Source of the DNA: a bacterium
Lineage (GTDB): Bacteria > Planctomycetota > UBA1135 > UBA2386
Assembly: GCA_030432695.1 (NCBI GenBank)
Contig: JAUILN010000010.1
Location: 114,910 to 178,909, forward strand
Direction: 5' to 3'
DNA: 64,000 nt
A program made the translations under genes and the position numbers. Numbering within the stretch: the stretch's first letter is position 1; every line of letters begins with the position of its first letter. Below the pieces are notes generated by a model. The model made no database searches, was not told the DNA's origin, and was given only the letters and a program-made list of their open reading frames with translations. Of the stretch, positions 46,147 to 56,342 are shown piece by piece.

Positions 46147-47592
46147 TCAGGCCAGGATGCCGTGGACGACGCGCGCCGGCTCCACTCCGGTCAGCCGCTG
46201 GTCGAGGCCCTGGAACGGGAACACCAGGCGCTCATGGTCGATGCCGAGCTGGTGGAGGATCGTCGCGTGCAGGTCACGGACGTGGACCGGGTCCTTGGCG
46301 ATGTTGTAGGAGAAGTCGTCGGTCTCGCCGTAGTCGATGCCGCCCTGGATGCCGCCGCCGGCCAGCCAGGCGGAGAAGCAACGCGGGTGGTGGTCGCGGC
46401 CGTAGTCGTCGCGCTCGAGTCGACCCTGGCAGTAGACCGTGCGACCGAACTCGCCAGTACAGACGATCAGCGTGTCGTCGAGCAGGCCGCGGCGCTCGAG
46501 GTCGAGGATCAGCGCGGCGGCCGGTTGGTCGACGTCGTAGCACTGGCCGGGTAGCTGCTGCGGCAGGATCGAGTGGTGGTCCCAGCCGCGGTGGAAGATC
46601 TGCACGAAGCGCACGTCGCGCTCGATCAGCCGGCGCGCGAGCAGGCAGTTGCGCGCGAACGAGCCGTTCTTCTCGACCTCGGGTCCGTACAGCTCCTTGA
46701 TGTGCCGCGGCTCGCTGTCGATGTCGGTCACCTCGGGCACCGACATCTGCATCCGGAACGCCATCTCCTGCTGGGCGATGGTCGTCGCGATCTCCGGATC
46801 GCCGATCTCGGCGCGGTGCTTGGCGTTGAGCTCGCCGAGGCTGTCGAGCATGCGACGCCGCACGCCACGGTCGATGCCCGCCGGGTTCGACAGGAACAGC
46901 ACCGGATCGCCGTTGGTCTGGAACGCCACGCCCTGGTGACGCGAGGGCAGGAAGCCGCTGCCCCACAGTCGACTGTAGAGGCCTTGGACGTTGCGCTTGC
47001 CGCCGGTCCAGAACGCCGAGGTCAGCACCACGAAGTCCGGCAGGTCGCGGTTCAACGAGCCGAGGCCGTAGCTCAGCCATGCCCCCATGCTGGCCTTGCC
47101 CGGGATCTCGGCACCGGTGCACAGCGAGGTCTTGCCCGGGTCGTGGTTGATCGCGTTGGTGTGCATCGACTTCACCACGCAGACCCGGTCCTGCACCGCG
47201 GCCAGATGCGGGAACAGCTCGCACCACCACACGCCGTTCTGACCCTTCTGCTCGAAGCGGTACATCGACGGCGCGACCCGCTGCTCGCGGCCGCGCGTCA
47301 TCGCGGTGACCCGCTGCCCCATGCTGACGCTCGGCGGCAACGGCTCCTGGAAGCGCTTGGCGAGGTCGGGTTTGTGGTCGAAGGTGTCGAGCTGGCTCGG
47401 TGCACCGGCCATGAACAGGAAGATGACCCGCTTGGCGCGGGCCCGGTGGGTCCGCGCGTCGCCAGGTCTTTCCTCACGCCGGACACCGGGCAGCAGCGAC
47501 GCCATCGCCGGCAGGCCGAGGCCCACGCCGGCGTTCTGCAGGAAGCGCCGCCGATCCTGCAGCACGTCGAACTCGATGCGTGGATCGCTCAT
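46147..47592 (-). CDS. DUF1501 domain protein (sulfatase-like fold, Tat-secreted)
   Basis: Tat motif RRRFLQNAGVGLGLPAMA. Full-length DUF1501 architecture, typically paired with DUF1549/DUF1553 proteins. Confidence 0.8.
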   Translation of the reverse strand: MSDPRIEFDVLQDRRRFLQNAGVGLGLPAMASLLPGVRREERPGDARTHRARAKRVIFLFMAGAPSQLDTFDHKPDLAKRFQEPLPPSVSMGQRVTAMTRGREQRVAPSMYRFEQKGQNGVWWCELFPHLAAVQDRVCVVKSMHTNAINHDPGKTSLCTGAEIPGKASMGAWLSYGLGSLNRDLPDFVVLTSAFWTGGKRNVQGLYSRLWGSGFLPSRHQGVAFQTNGDPVLFLSNPAGIDRGVRRRMLDSLGELNAKHRAEIGDPEIATTIAQQEMAFRMQMSVPEVTDIDSEPRHIKELYGPEVEKNGSFARNCLLARRLIERDVRFVQIFHRGWDHHSILPQQLPGQCYDVDQPAAALILDLERRGLLDDTLIVCTGEFGRTVYCQGRLERDDYGRDHHPRCFSAWLAGGGIQGGIDYGETDDFSYNIAKDPVHVRDLHATILHQLGIDHERLVFPFQGLDQRLTGVEPARVVHGILA

Positions 47593-47595
47593 GGC

Positions 47596-50019
47596 TCAGT
47601 CCTTGGTCCGGGTGATGTCGAGGTTGTAGATCGTGTTGGCGACCACGGTCAGCGCCGCGTGCACCGCCAACGGTGGGGCGACCGGCGAGCTGGCCGCCTC
47701 GGCATCGAGCGCGAGCAACGCCCGGGCCGCCGCCTCGTCGGCGAGGTAGTGATCCCGCAGATCCTCGAACAGTGCGGTGAGCACCCGCAACTCGTCGCGG
47801 TCGGTAGGCCGACTCGTCACCGTCTCGTAGATCCAGCCGATCCGATACTCGTTGCTCGGCGCGGCGATCTCGGTGCAGGCCCGCGTCGCGACGTGCCGTG
47901 CCGCCTCCACGCACTGCTGCTCGTTGAACTGCAGCAATGCCTGCAACGGCGTGTTGGTCCGCTCGCGCCGCGCCACGCAGGACTCGCGACCCGGCGCGTC
48001 GAAGATCGTCATCTGCGGCGGCGGCAGGCCGCGCTTCCAGAAGGTGTAGACGCTGCGCCGGTAGGCGTCGCGGCCGGGCGAGGTCTGGTGGACCCGCGGG
48101 TAGGAGTCCGGCAGCGCCACCGCCTCCCAGAGTCCGGCCGGCTGCGGCGGCTTGACGCTCGGCCCGTAGAGCCGCTCCTCCAGGAGCCCGCTGGTGGACA
48201 GCATCGAGTCGCGGATCACCTCGGCGTCGAGACGGAACCGCGGGCCGCGGGCCAGCAGGCGGTTCTCCGGGTCGCTCGCGAATGCCTCGGGAGCGGCGCG
48301 CGAGGCCTGCTTGTAGGTGTCCGAGCAGACGATCCGACGCACCAGCTCCTTCACGTCCCACCCCGACCGCACGAACGACCGCGCCAGGAAGTCGAGCAGC
48401 TCCGGATGGCTCGGCACCTCGCCCTGGCTGCCGAGGTCCTCGGAGGTCTTCACCAGACCCACGCCGAAGAACTGCTGCCAGGTCCGGTTGACCATCACGC
48501 GCGCGGTGAGCGGGTGGTCGGGCCGGACGGTCCAACGGGCGAGGTCCATGCGCGTCGGCAGGTCGTCCCCCGTCTCGAGCGGCGGTAGAAACGCCGGCGT
48601 GCCGCGCGGGACCTCGGCACCCGGCCGGTCGTACTGGCCTCGGATCAACACGTGCGCCGGCCGCGGCTCGGCGCGCTCGCGCATCACCATCGCGCCAGGG
48701 ATCGTGGTACGGAACTGGTTGAACTCGCGACGCAGCGCCCCGAGCCGCTGTTCGGCCGCCTTGCGCGCGGCCTCGTGCGTGGCCTTCGCATCGCCCTCGG
48801 CCGACGACTCCGCGGCCCTGGCCTCGGCGACCGCCCGCTCGGCCGACGCGATCTGCTGCTCCAGCTCGGTGCGTCGCGCCGCCTGCTCCTCGCTCGGGAA
48901 CTCCAGGTAGGGCGGCTGCAGGCCACGCACGAAGTCGGGCCCGCTGCGTCCGCCGGTCTCCGGCGCGCCGTCGAGGTTGTTGAAGAACGCCGACAGCGAG
49001 AAGAAGTCGGCCTGGGTGACCGGGTCGAACTTGTGGTCGTGGCAGACCGCGCAGCCGAGCGTCAGGCCGAGGAACGCGGTGCCGTAGGCGCTGGTCCGGT
49101 CGATGACGTTCCGACTCAGGCTCTCCTCGGGCAGCATCGTGCCGACGTCGATGATCAGGTGCAGGCGGTGGAAGCCCGACGCGATCAACTGGTCGGTGGT
49201 CGGCTCGGGATACAGATCGCCGGCGATCTGGTCGGTCGCGAAGCGGTCGTACGGCAGGTTGTCGTTGAAGGCCCGGATCACCCAATCGCGGTACGGGCTC
49301 GAGTCGCGGAAGTGGTCGTGGTGGATGCCGTTGGTGTCCGCGAAGCGCACCAGGTCGAGCCAGTAGCGCGCCATGTGCTCGCCGTAGCGCGGGCTGGCAA
49401 GGAGCCGGTCGACGAGGCGCTGCCAGGCCAGCGGCGAGTCGTCGGCGAGGAAGCGGGTGACCTCCAGCGAGGTCGGTGGCAGGCCGGTGAGGTCGAGCGT
49501 GACCCGGCGGATCAGCGTGCCTTTGTCGGCCTCGGGAGCAGGCTCGAGTCCCTCGGCGCGCAGCCGGCGCAGCACGTAGCCGTCGAGGTCCCGCGGCGCG
49601 TCGGCGGCGACGCTCGGCGGCACGAACGACCAGTGGGTCTGGTACTCGGCGCCGCTCTCGATCCAGCGCCGGATCAACGCGCGCTGGGCTTCGTCGAACG
49701 GCTGCTCGTGCGAATCCGCGGGCGGCATGCGGTCGCCCTCGTCGGCCTCGGCGATGCGGAACCAGAGTTCGCTGGCCGCGAGATCACCGGGCACCACCGC
49801 CGCCACGCCGTCGCGTGGCGTCAACGCCCCGTGCTCGCCGTCGGGCACGTCGAGCCGCAGGTCGGCCTTGCGGTCCTCGGCGTCGGGGCCGTGGCAGGCG
49901 AAGCACCGATCGGCCAGGAGCGGCCGGATGTCGCGGTTGAACGACGGGGCAGGCGCGCCGTCCTGGCTCGCGACAGCGCAGCACAGGATCGGCAGGAACA
50001 GGAGCGCGAGACGGGTCAC
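47596..50019 (-). CDS. Planctomycete-type cytochrome c domain protein (PSCyt + DUF1549 + DUF1553)
   Basis: Signal peptide. N-terminal heme motif CFACHGPD. DUF1549 and DUF1553 regions. 3 bp downstream of the DUF1501 gene, the classic pair. Confidence 0.8.
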   Translation of the reverse strand: MTRLALLFLPILCCAVASQDGAPAPSFNRDIRPLLADRCFACHGPDAEDRKADLRLDVPDGEHGALTPRDGVAAVVPGDLAASELWFRIAEADEGDRMPPADSHEQPFDEAQRALIRRWIESGAEYQTHWSFVPPSVAADAPRDLDGYVLRRLRAEGLEPAPEADKGTLIRRVTLDLTGLPPTSLEVTRFLADDSPLAWQRLVDRLLASPRYGEHMARYWLDLVRFADTNGIHHDHFRDSSPYRDWVIRAFNDNLPYDRFATDQIAGDLYPEPTTDQLIASGFHRLHLIIDVGTMLPEESLSRNVIDRTSAYGTAFLGLTLGCAVCHDHKFDPVTQADFFSLSAFFNNLDGAPETGGRSGPDFVRGLQPPYLEFPSEEQAARRTELEQQIASAERAVAEARAAESSAEGDAKATHEAARKAAEQRLGALRREFNQFRTTIPGAMVMRERAEPRPAHVLIRGQYDRPGAEVPRGTPAFLPPLETGDDLPTRMDLARWTVRPDHPLTARVMVNRTWQQFFGVGLVKTSEDLGSQGEVPSHPELLDFLARSFVRSGWDVKELVRRIVCSDTYKQASRAAPEAFASDPENRLLARGPRFRLDAEVIRDSMLSTSGLLEERLYGPSVKPPQPAGLWEAVALPDSYPRVHQTSPGRDAYRRSVYTFWKRGLPPPQMTIFDAPGRESCVARRERTNTPLQALLQFNEQQCVEAARHVATRACTEIAAPSNEYRIGWIYETVTSRPTDRDELRVLTALFEDLRDHYLADEAAARALLALDAEAASSPVAPPLAVHAALTVVANTIYNLDITRTKD

Positions 50020-50068
50020 GCTCCGGAGTGTACGGGGCTGGGTCGGTCGCGGTCGAGGTGCCTTCGGA

Positions 50069-51052
50069 TCATCGCAGCGTGCCCGCCGGAGCGTCGAGCA
50101 GCAGCGAGTTGGAGACCGAGTTGCCGAAGTCGTCGAAGCGGTCGAAGGTCCAGACGACCTCCTTGCTGGCCGGATCGACCTCGATCAGCAGGGGCTGACC
50201 CGGACCCGCGTGGCAGTTGCCGAGCACGTAGTGGCCGTTCGGCAGGACCTCGAGCGTCGTGACCCAGGCCAGTCGGATCCCCTCCAGATCGTCCTGGTGC
50301 AGCGCCCAGACGATCTCCTGCTCCGGGGTGACCTCGAGCACCGAGTGGCCGTTGCCGGTGGCGACCAGGGTGTTGCCCGAGGCGAGCCGCAGCGCCGCGA
50401 AGACCTGGTTGCCGAACGCCTCGGGACCGTGGCCGGGCTTGGGTTCGTGGTCGAAGAGCGGCACTGCGAACGACCACACCACCTCGCCACTGTCGCCGTC
50501 GTACTCGCGCACCACCCCGTCGCCCTCGTGACAGACGAGGTAGTTGCCGCCGGGCAGCTTGCGCGCGAGGCGGGTATCGCGGTGCGGGTGCGGGTGCTCG
50601 ACCACCAGCTCCACCTCCTTCAGGACCTTCCCCTCGCGATCGATCTCGAGGATCCGCGCCGGCCCGCTCTCGACCACCATCAGCCGGCCGTCGCCCAGCG
50701 GCTGGAAGGCATGGACCTCGACCTTGCGACCCTCGTTGCCGTTCCGCTGCGCGGCGTCGTAGCTCCAGACCACCGCTTTGGTCTCGGGATCGAGCTCGCA
50801 GATCCGCCGCATCCGCTCCTGCACCAGGATGTGGCCGTTCGGCAGGCGGTGCAGATCGTGGATGCCGTCCCAAGGCATCTCCCATTCGATCGTGCCGTCG
50901 ACGGCGACCACCGCGAGGCGGCCCTTGCCCTGCAGCAACACGCGGTGACCGGGGGCGGGAGGCGTTTCGGGCGCGGGGTCCTGTGCACGGATCGCGGCCA
51001 GGGGGAGGGCCACGACGAGCGCGGCAGAGAGCAGATCGCGGAGCTGGAGCAT
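50069..51052 (-). CDS. Secreted PQQ-like beta-propeller repeat protein
   Basis: Signal peptide MLQLRDLLSAALVVALPLAAIRA. Repeated blade motifs KAVVWSYD, EVVWSFA, EIVWALH, EVVWTFD. The track ORF upstream of 51052 is spurious. Confidence 0.7.
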   Translation of the reverse strand: MLQLRDLLSAALVVALPLAAIRAQDPAPETPPAPGHRVLLQGKGRLAVVAVDGTIEWEMPWDGIHDLHRLPNGHILVQERMRRICELDPETKAVVWSYDAAQRNGNEGRKVEVHAFQPLGDGRLMVVESGPARILEIDREGKVLKEVELVVEHPHPHRDTRLARKLPGGNYLVCHEGDGVVREYDGDSGEVVWSFAVPLFDHEPKPGHGPEAFGNQVFAALRLASGNTLVATGNGHSVLEVTPEQEIVWALHQDDLEGIRLAWVTTLEVLPNGHYVLGNCHAGPGQPLLIEVDPASKEVVWTFDRFDDFGNSVSNSLLLDAPAGTLR

Positions 51053-51149
51053 CGTCGCGACGCATCGTAGCCCCCCGAACACGCCGGACCCGACTTCCGA
51101 CTCGTCGATCCTCCCGCGCTGGGCCAGCGGGTACAGTCCCCGGCCGACC

Positions 51150-54100
51150 ATGATGCGACCCCTCTCTCCCCTGGTTCTCCTCTGCTCGCTCGGCGCGGCG
51201 GCCCATCCGGTGGCGCTGCCCGCCCAGGGCGGTGGCTCGACGGCTCGATCCCTGTTCGACGGCGAGACCCTCGCCGGCTGGCGCGGCGACCAACGCCTGT
51301 GGACGGTCGAGGACGGCGCCATCAAGGGTTCGACCCTCGACCACAAGATCGACTCCAACACCTTCCTGATCTGGGAGGGCGGCGAGGTCGAGGACTTCGA
51401 ACTGCGCTTCGAGGCGAAGTTCACCCCGGCGAACAACTCGGGCGTGCAGTATCGGTCGCGACCGCTCGACTCGAACCCGTACGGCGTGGCCGGCAACCAG
51501 TTCGACCTGCACCCGAGTCCCAACTACCTCGCGATGCTCTACGGCGAGCGCGAGCGTGGGATCGTCGCACAGCGCGGCCAGCAGGTGGTGGTCGGCGAGA
51601 ACGGCAAGTCGAAGGTGGTGGGCGCGACCAATCCGACCACGCCGATCGACGTGTCGCAGTGGCACGACTACCGCATCGTGGCGCGCGGCAACCACCTGAT
51701 CCACGAGGTCGACGGGGTGGTCGCGGTGGACATCACCGACAACGATCCGAAGGCGCGGCGCAGTGGCGTGATCGCCTTGCAGCTCCATCAGGGCGCACCG
51801 ATGAACGTCTGGTTCCGCAACCTGGAGCTGACGGCGTTCGCGCCCGACGGCGCCGAGGTGAGCGCCGCACCGGCAGCCGCCGGGACGCCGGACGAACCGG
51901 AGACGGCACCCCACTGGATCTGGAGTGGCGCCAGTGACGGCGAGCGGGCGTCGTTCCGCCACGCGTTCGAGGTCTCCGGCGACGTCGCCCTCGCCTCGCT
52001 GCACACGGCGGCCGACAACCACTGCGAAGTCTGGCTCAACGGCAAGCGGGTGCTGAAGAACGACGACTGGGCCGGGCCGAGCCGGGCCGACGTGAAGGAC
52101 GCACTGCGCGCCGGCCGCAACCAGCTCGCGGTCCACGCCTGGAACGACGGCGGACCGGCGGCCCTGGCGCTGCGCCTGTGGATCCGCGGCAGCGACGAGC
52201 AGGACACGGTGGTCGTCAGCGACGGTTCGTGGCGGGCGATCGCCGCTCAGGGGGCCGACGGCTGGCGAGACGGCTCGTTCGACGACTCGTCGTGGGGCAC
52301 GGCGACCGACCTCGGCGAGGTCGGCAGCTCCGGTCTGCCGTGGTCGGGCTCGGTGGGAGCCACCTCGTTCGGCGCTCGGCCGACACCGCCGAAGCCGCAG
52401 ACGGTGCGCGACGCCGAGATCCAGACGCTGCCGGGCTTCGTCGCCGAACTGGTCTACGAGGTGCCGCGCGACAGCCAGGGCTCGTGGGTCAGCCTCGGCA
52501 CGCTGCCCGACGGCAGCCTGATCGCCTCCGACCAGGCCGACAAGGGGCTGTTCCGGATCCGGCCGGCCGCGGTGGGCGTGCCCGGCGCGACCACCAGCGT
52601 GACGCGGATCCCGGTAGAGATCGGCGGCGCGCAGGGGCTCCTGTGGGCGTTCGACAGCCTGTACGTGATGGTCAACGGCCGCGGCTCGGGGCTCTACCGG
52701 ATCACCGACCAGGACGGCGACGGCGAACTCGACGACGTGAAGCTGCTGCGCAAGCTCGAGGGCGCGGGTGAGCACGGGCCGCACGCGGTCCGCCTGTCGC
52801 CCGACGGCGAGGCCCTGGTGGTCTGCGCCGGCAACCACACCAACCCGCCGGAGTTCGACGGCTCGCGGATCCCGACCAACTGGGGCGAAGACCTGCTGCT
52901 GCCGCGGCAGTGGGACGCACGCGGCCACGCCCGCGGGCGGATGGCGCCCGGTGGCTGGATCGCGCGGGTGTCTCCCGACGGCGAACACTGGGAGATGCTG
53001 AGCGTCGGCTACCGGAACGAGTACGACTTCGCGTTCGACCGGAGCGGCGAGATGTTCGCCTACGACGCCGACATGGAGTGGGACATGGGCATGCCCTGGT
53101 ACCGCCCCACCCGGATCTCCCACGCGACGAGCGGCAGCGAATTCGGCTGGCGCTCGGGAACCGGCAAGTGGCCGACCGACTACCCGGATTCGCTGCCGCC
53201 GCTGCTGGAGATCGGTCCCGGCTCGCCGACCGGCCTGACCTTCGGCTACGGCGCACGGTTCCCGGCCCGCTACGAGCAGGCGCTCTACGCGTGCGACTGG
53301 ACCTTCGGCACGATCTGGGCCGTCCACCTCGAGCCCGACGGCGCGACGTACCGGGCGACCAGCGAGGAGTTCGCCAGCGGCAAGCCGCTCGCGCTCACCG
53401 ACGTGGTGGTCGGCGCGGACGGCGCGATGTACCTCACGGTCGGCGGACGCGGTACGCAGTCGAAGCTGTACCGCATCCGCCACGAGTCGGCGCAGGCGGG
53501 TCCGGCCGGGCCGGCACTCGCGCTGACCACGCCCGAGGCCACGCTGCGCAAGCAGCTCGAGGCGTTCCACGGCAAGGCAGACCCCAAGGCGGTCGACACG
53601 GCCTGGCCGGCGCTCGGCCACCAGGACCGCTTCGTCGCCTACGCGGCCCGGATCGCACTCGAGTCCCAGACGGTCGCCGAGTGGCGGGAGCGGGCGATCG
53701 CCGAGACCGACCCGGCCATCGCCAGCAACGCGATGCTGGCCCTGGCCCGCCAGGGCTCCGGTGCCGAGGACCGCGACGCCGTGCTCCGCAAGCTGATGGG
53801 CCTGCGCGGTCCGTTCGGTGGCGAGTTCGGGGTGATCTCGCGGCTGCGCACCGCCGGGGTCGCGATGGCCCGCCACGGCATGCCGGACGAGCAACTCCGC
53901 CAGCAGATGATCGAGCTGTTGAGCAACAACCTCCGGCCGCGCAACAAGCGCATCTTCGTCGAGATGGTCAAGCTGCTGGCCTACCTCGGCGCGCCAACGG
54001 TGGTCGAGCAGGCGATGCCGATGCTGGTCGCGGCCGAGCCGTCGCCGGCCCCGGCGTGGTCGGAGCTGATCCAGCGGAACGACGGCTACGGCGGCCCGAT

Positions 54101-54887
54101 CGCCAAGATGCTCGCCGACATGCCGCCGCTCGAAGGCATCGACCTGGCCTTCGCACTGCGCAACGTGCGCTACGGCTGGACCCTGCCGCTGCGGCGCCAG
54201 TACTTCGAGTTCATCAACCGCGCCGCGAAGCACCCCGGCGGCGCCAGCTACGCCGGCTTCCTGACCAACTGCCGCAACGAGGCGCTGGAGAACTGCTCGT
54301 TCTTCGAGCGCGCCGCCTGCGCGGACCTGACCGGTGAGGAGCTGGCCGCGAAGCCCGACTTCGAGATCACGCCGCCGCAGGGACCGGGCCGGGCCTGGAC
54401 GATCGACGCCGCGGTGGAGGCCATCGAGGCCGGTCAGGGGCCACGCGACTTCGCCGCGGGTCGCAACCTGTTCCACGCGGTCGCCTGCGTGGCCTGCCAC
54501 CGCTTCGACGGCGCGGGTGGCGACATCGGCCCGGACCTGACCACGGTCGCCAACAAGTTCTCCACCCGCGACCTGCTGACCTCGATCGTGGAGCCGAGCC
54601 AGGTGATCTCCGACCAGTACGGCTCGTCGATCGTCACCCGCAGGAACGGCACCGAGGTGTTCGGCCGCGTCAACGAGAAGGACGGCGGCGACCTCGAGGT
54701 CTACCCGATGGACCCGAAGGCCGACCCGGTGCTGATCCCCGCCGCCGACGTCGCCGCGGTGAAGGCCTCACCGATCTCGCAGATGCCGCAGGGCCTGATC
54801 AACTCGCTGAACGCCGACGAGCTCCGCGACCTGATCGCCTACCTGATGTCGCGCGGCGACGAGAACGCCCCGGCCTACCGCCGCTGA
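51150..54887 (+). CDS. Giant Pirellula/Verrucomicrobium-type putative membrane-bound dehydrogenase: DUF1080 (3-keto-disaccharide hydrolase-like) + PA14/F5-8-like + glucose/sorbosone dehydrogenase-like beta-propeller + HEAT repeats + C-terminal cytochrome c
   Basis: Signal peptide. DUF1080 N-domain. HEAT-like region. C-terminal CVACH heme motif within a TIGR02603-like block (PDLTTVANKFSTRDLLTSIVEPS...ISQMPQGLINSLNADELRDLIAYL). Confidence 0.8.
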   Translation: MMRPLSPLVLLCSLGAAAHPVALPAQGGGSTARSLFDGETLAGWRGDQRLWTVEDGAIKGSTLDHKIDSNTFLIWEGGEVEDFELRFEAKFTPANNSGVQYRSRPLDSNPYGVAGNQFDLHPSPNYLAMLYGERERGIVAQRGQQVVVGENGKSKVVGATNPTTPIDVSQWHDYRIVARGNHLIHEVDGVVAVDITDNDPKARRSGVIALQLHQGAPMNVWFRNLELTAFAPDGAEVSAAPAAAGTPDEPETAPHWIWSGASDGERASFRHAFEVSGDVALASLHTAADNHCEVWLNGKRVLKNDDWAGPSRADVKDALRAGRNQLAVHAWNDGGPAALALRLWIRGSDEQDTVVVSDGSWRAIAAQGADGWRDGSFDDSSWGTATDLGEVGSSGLPWSGSVGATSFGARPTPPKPQTVRDAEIQTLPGFVAELVYEVPRDSQGSWVSLGTLPDGSLIASDQADKGLFRIRPAAVGVPGATTSVTRIPVEIGGAQGLLWAFDSLYVMVNGRGSGLYRITDQDGDGELDDVKLLRKLEGAGEHGPHAVRLSPDGEALVVCAGNHTNPPEFDGSRIPTNWGEDLLLPRQWDARGHARGRMAPGGWIARVSPDGEHWEMLSVGYRNEYDFAFDRSGEMFAYDADMEWDMGMPWYRPTRISHATSGSEFGWRSGTGKWPTDYPDSLPPLLEIGPGSPTGLTFGYGARFPARYEQALYACDWTFGTIWAVHLEPDGATYRATSEEFASGKPLALTDVVVGADGAMYLTVGGRGTQSKLYRIRHESAQAGPAGPALALTTPEATLRKQLEAFHGKADPKAVDTAWPALGHQDRFVAYAARIALESQTVAEWRERAIAETDPAIASNAMLALARQGSGAEDRDAVLRKLMGLRGPFGGEFGVISRLRTAGVAMARHGMPDEQLRQQMIELLSNNLRPRNKRIFVEMVKLLAYLGAPTVVEQAMPMLVAAEPSPAPAWSELIQRNDGYGGPIAKMLADMPPLEGIDLAFALRNVRYGWTLPLRRQYFEFINRAAKHPGGASYAGFLTNCRNEALENCSFFERAACADLTGEELAAKPDFEITPPQGPGRAWTIDAAVEAIEAGQGPRDFAAGRNLFHAVACVACHRFDGAGGDIGPDLTTVANKFSTRDLLTSIVEPSQVISDQYGSSIVTRRNGTEVFGRVNEKDGGDLEVYPMDPKADPVLIPAADVAAVKASPISQMPQGLINSLNADELRDLIAYLMSRGDENAPAYRR

Positions 54888-54894
54888 CGTGCCA

Positions 54895-54936
54895 GAGGGG
54901 TGAACATCTCGGCCCGGCCGAGAGGTTCACCCCCTC
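54895..54936. terminator. Near-perfect palindrome / bidirectional terminator between convergent genes
   Basis: gaggggtgaacatctcggcc|cggccgagaggttcaccccctc: ~19-bp stem. Confidence 0.45.
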
Positions 54937-54949
54937 GCAACGGACGAGG

Positions 54950-56290
54950 TCAGCCCCCTCGGGGTGAGAGCAGCGGGCGCAGCGCGATGCGCTTGAAGTG
55001 GATCTCGGCGCCCTCGGACTGGAAGCAGAGCGGGCCCGCGACGTCGTCGCACGACCAGGCCTCGTTCACGACCTCGCCGTTGACCCGCAGGCTGACCCAA
55101 CCGTCGTCGCAGACGATCTCGTAGCGGTTCCACTCGCCGAGCGGCTTCTCGTTGCCGTGGGTCTTCTTGGTGTTGCGACCCTTGGTCCGCGACGCGTCGA
55201 CCTGCATGCCGAACTGGTCGATGTTCCAGAAGTCGCCGGCCTGGCCCGACTGGAGCTGCGCCTCGATGCTCTTCGGCCAGACCTTGTGCGGCCCGACCTG
55301 TCGCAGCAGCACGCCGCTGTTGCCAGGCCCCTTCGCGGGGTCGAAGCGCCACTCGACCTCGAGCACGAAGTCCTCGAACGAATCCTTCGAGTAGAGGTAG
55401 CCGACCGGCTGGCCCTTGCAGACCAGCACCCCGTCCCGCACCGTCCAGATCGCGGCCAGCGGCGCATCGGTGTCGCCGCGCAGGTGGTATCCGAAAGCCG
55501 CGAGGTTGGCGTGGTTCTCGCTCGTGCCGTCGAACAGCACCACCTCCTCGCCGCGCCGCGCTTCCTCGGGCACCAGCTCGCGGATCTTGATGTTGCGGAA
55601 CGCGACCTCGTCACCGTGGTCCTGCAGGCAGATCAGACCGCGCGGATGGACGCCGAAGCCCTCCCACTTGGCGAACTTGCTGGCCGCGACGCGCTCCTTC
55701 CAGTCGTCCGAACCGAACTCGGCCTCGACGACCTTCGTGCCGTTCAGCCAATGCTCGACGCGGGCACCGTCGAGGACGATCCGCGTCTCGTTCCACTCCC
55801 CGGCCGGCTTCGGCTCCGCGCCCTCCGCGGCGTAGAGCGCGTACAGCGCCCCGACCCGGTGCTTCGGGTCGGCGTTGCCCGGATCGTCGAACACCTGGTA
55901 CTCCGGCCCGGTGTGGTAGCTCGGCCCGTCGGTCTCGACCACGCGGTACATGATCCCGCTGTTGCCCCCCGCCGCGATCCGCCACTCCAGCTGCAACTCG
56001 AAGTTGCGGTAGTCGCGTCGGGTGACCAGATCACCGCCACCCCCGCCGGCCCCGTGCCGCAGTTCGCCGGCGACCACCCGCCAGCCCCGATCGGGCATCT
56101 CCTCTCGCCGGTAGCCGCGCCAGGCATCGGTCGAGCGGCCGTCGAACAACACGTGCCAGCCCTGCGCGATCTCCTCCTGCGTCAGGCGGAAGGTCGGCTC
56201 GGGACTCCTGGTGGTCACGACCTCTTGCGCGGACGCGGTGAGGAGCAGCGACGCGGCGGCAACCGCGGGGAACAGGGATCGGACGGGCAT
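54950..56290 (-). CDS. Secreted protein with two DUF1080 (3-keto-disaccharide hydrolase / LamG-like) domains
   Basis: Signal peptide MPVRSLFPAVAAASLLLTASA. Two tandem DUF1080 domains (the WHVLFDG...FRNIKIREL pattern twice). Confidence 0.75.
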   Translation of the reverse strand: MPVRSLFPAVAAASLLLTASAQEVVTTRSPEPTFRLTQEEIAQGWHVLFDGRSTDAWRGYRREEMPDRGWRVVAGELRHGAGGGGGDLVTRRDYRNFELQLEWRIAAGGNSGIMYRVVETDGPSYHTGPEYQVFDDPGNADPKHRVGALYALYAAEGAEPKPAGEWNETRIVLDGARVEHWLNGTKVVEAEFGSDDWKERVAASKFAKWEGFGVHPRGLICLQDHGDEVAFRNIKIRELVPEEARRGEEVVLFDGTSENHANLAAFGYHLRGDTDAPLAAIWTVRDGVLVCKGQPVGYLYSKDSFEDFVLEVEWRFDPAKGPGNSGVLLRQVGPHKVWPKSIEAQLQSGQAGDFWNIDQFGMQVDASRTKGRNTKKTHGNEKPLGEWNRYEIVCDDGWVSLRVNGEVVNEAWSCDDVAGPLCFQSEGAEIHFKRIALRPLLSPRGG

Positions 56291-56342
56291 GCTGCGGGTC
56301 TCCAGCGGATCGGGGGAACGAGGGGGTATCTTGACCCTCGTG

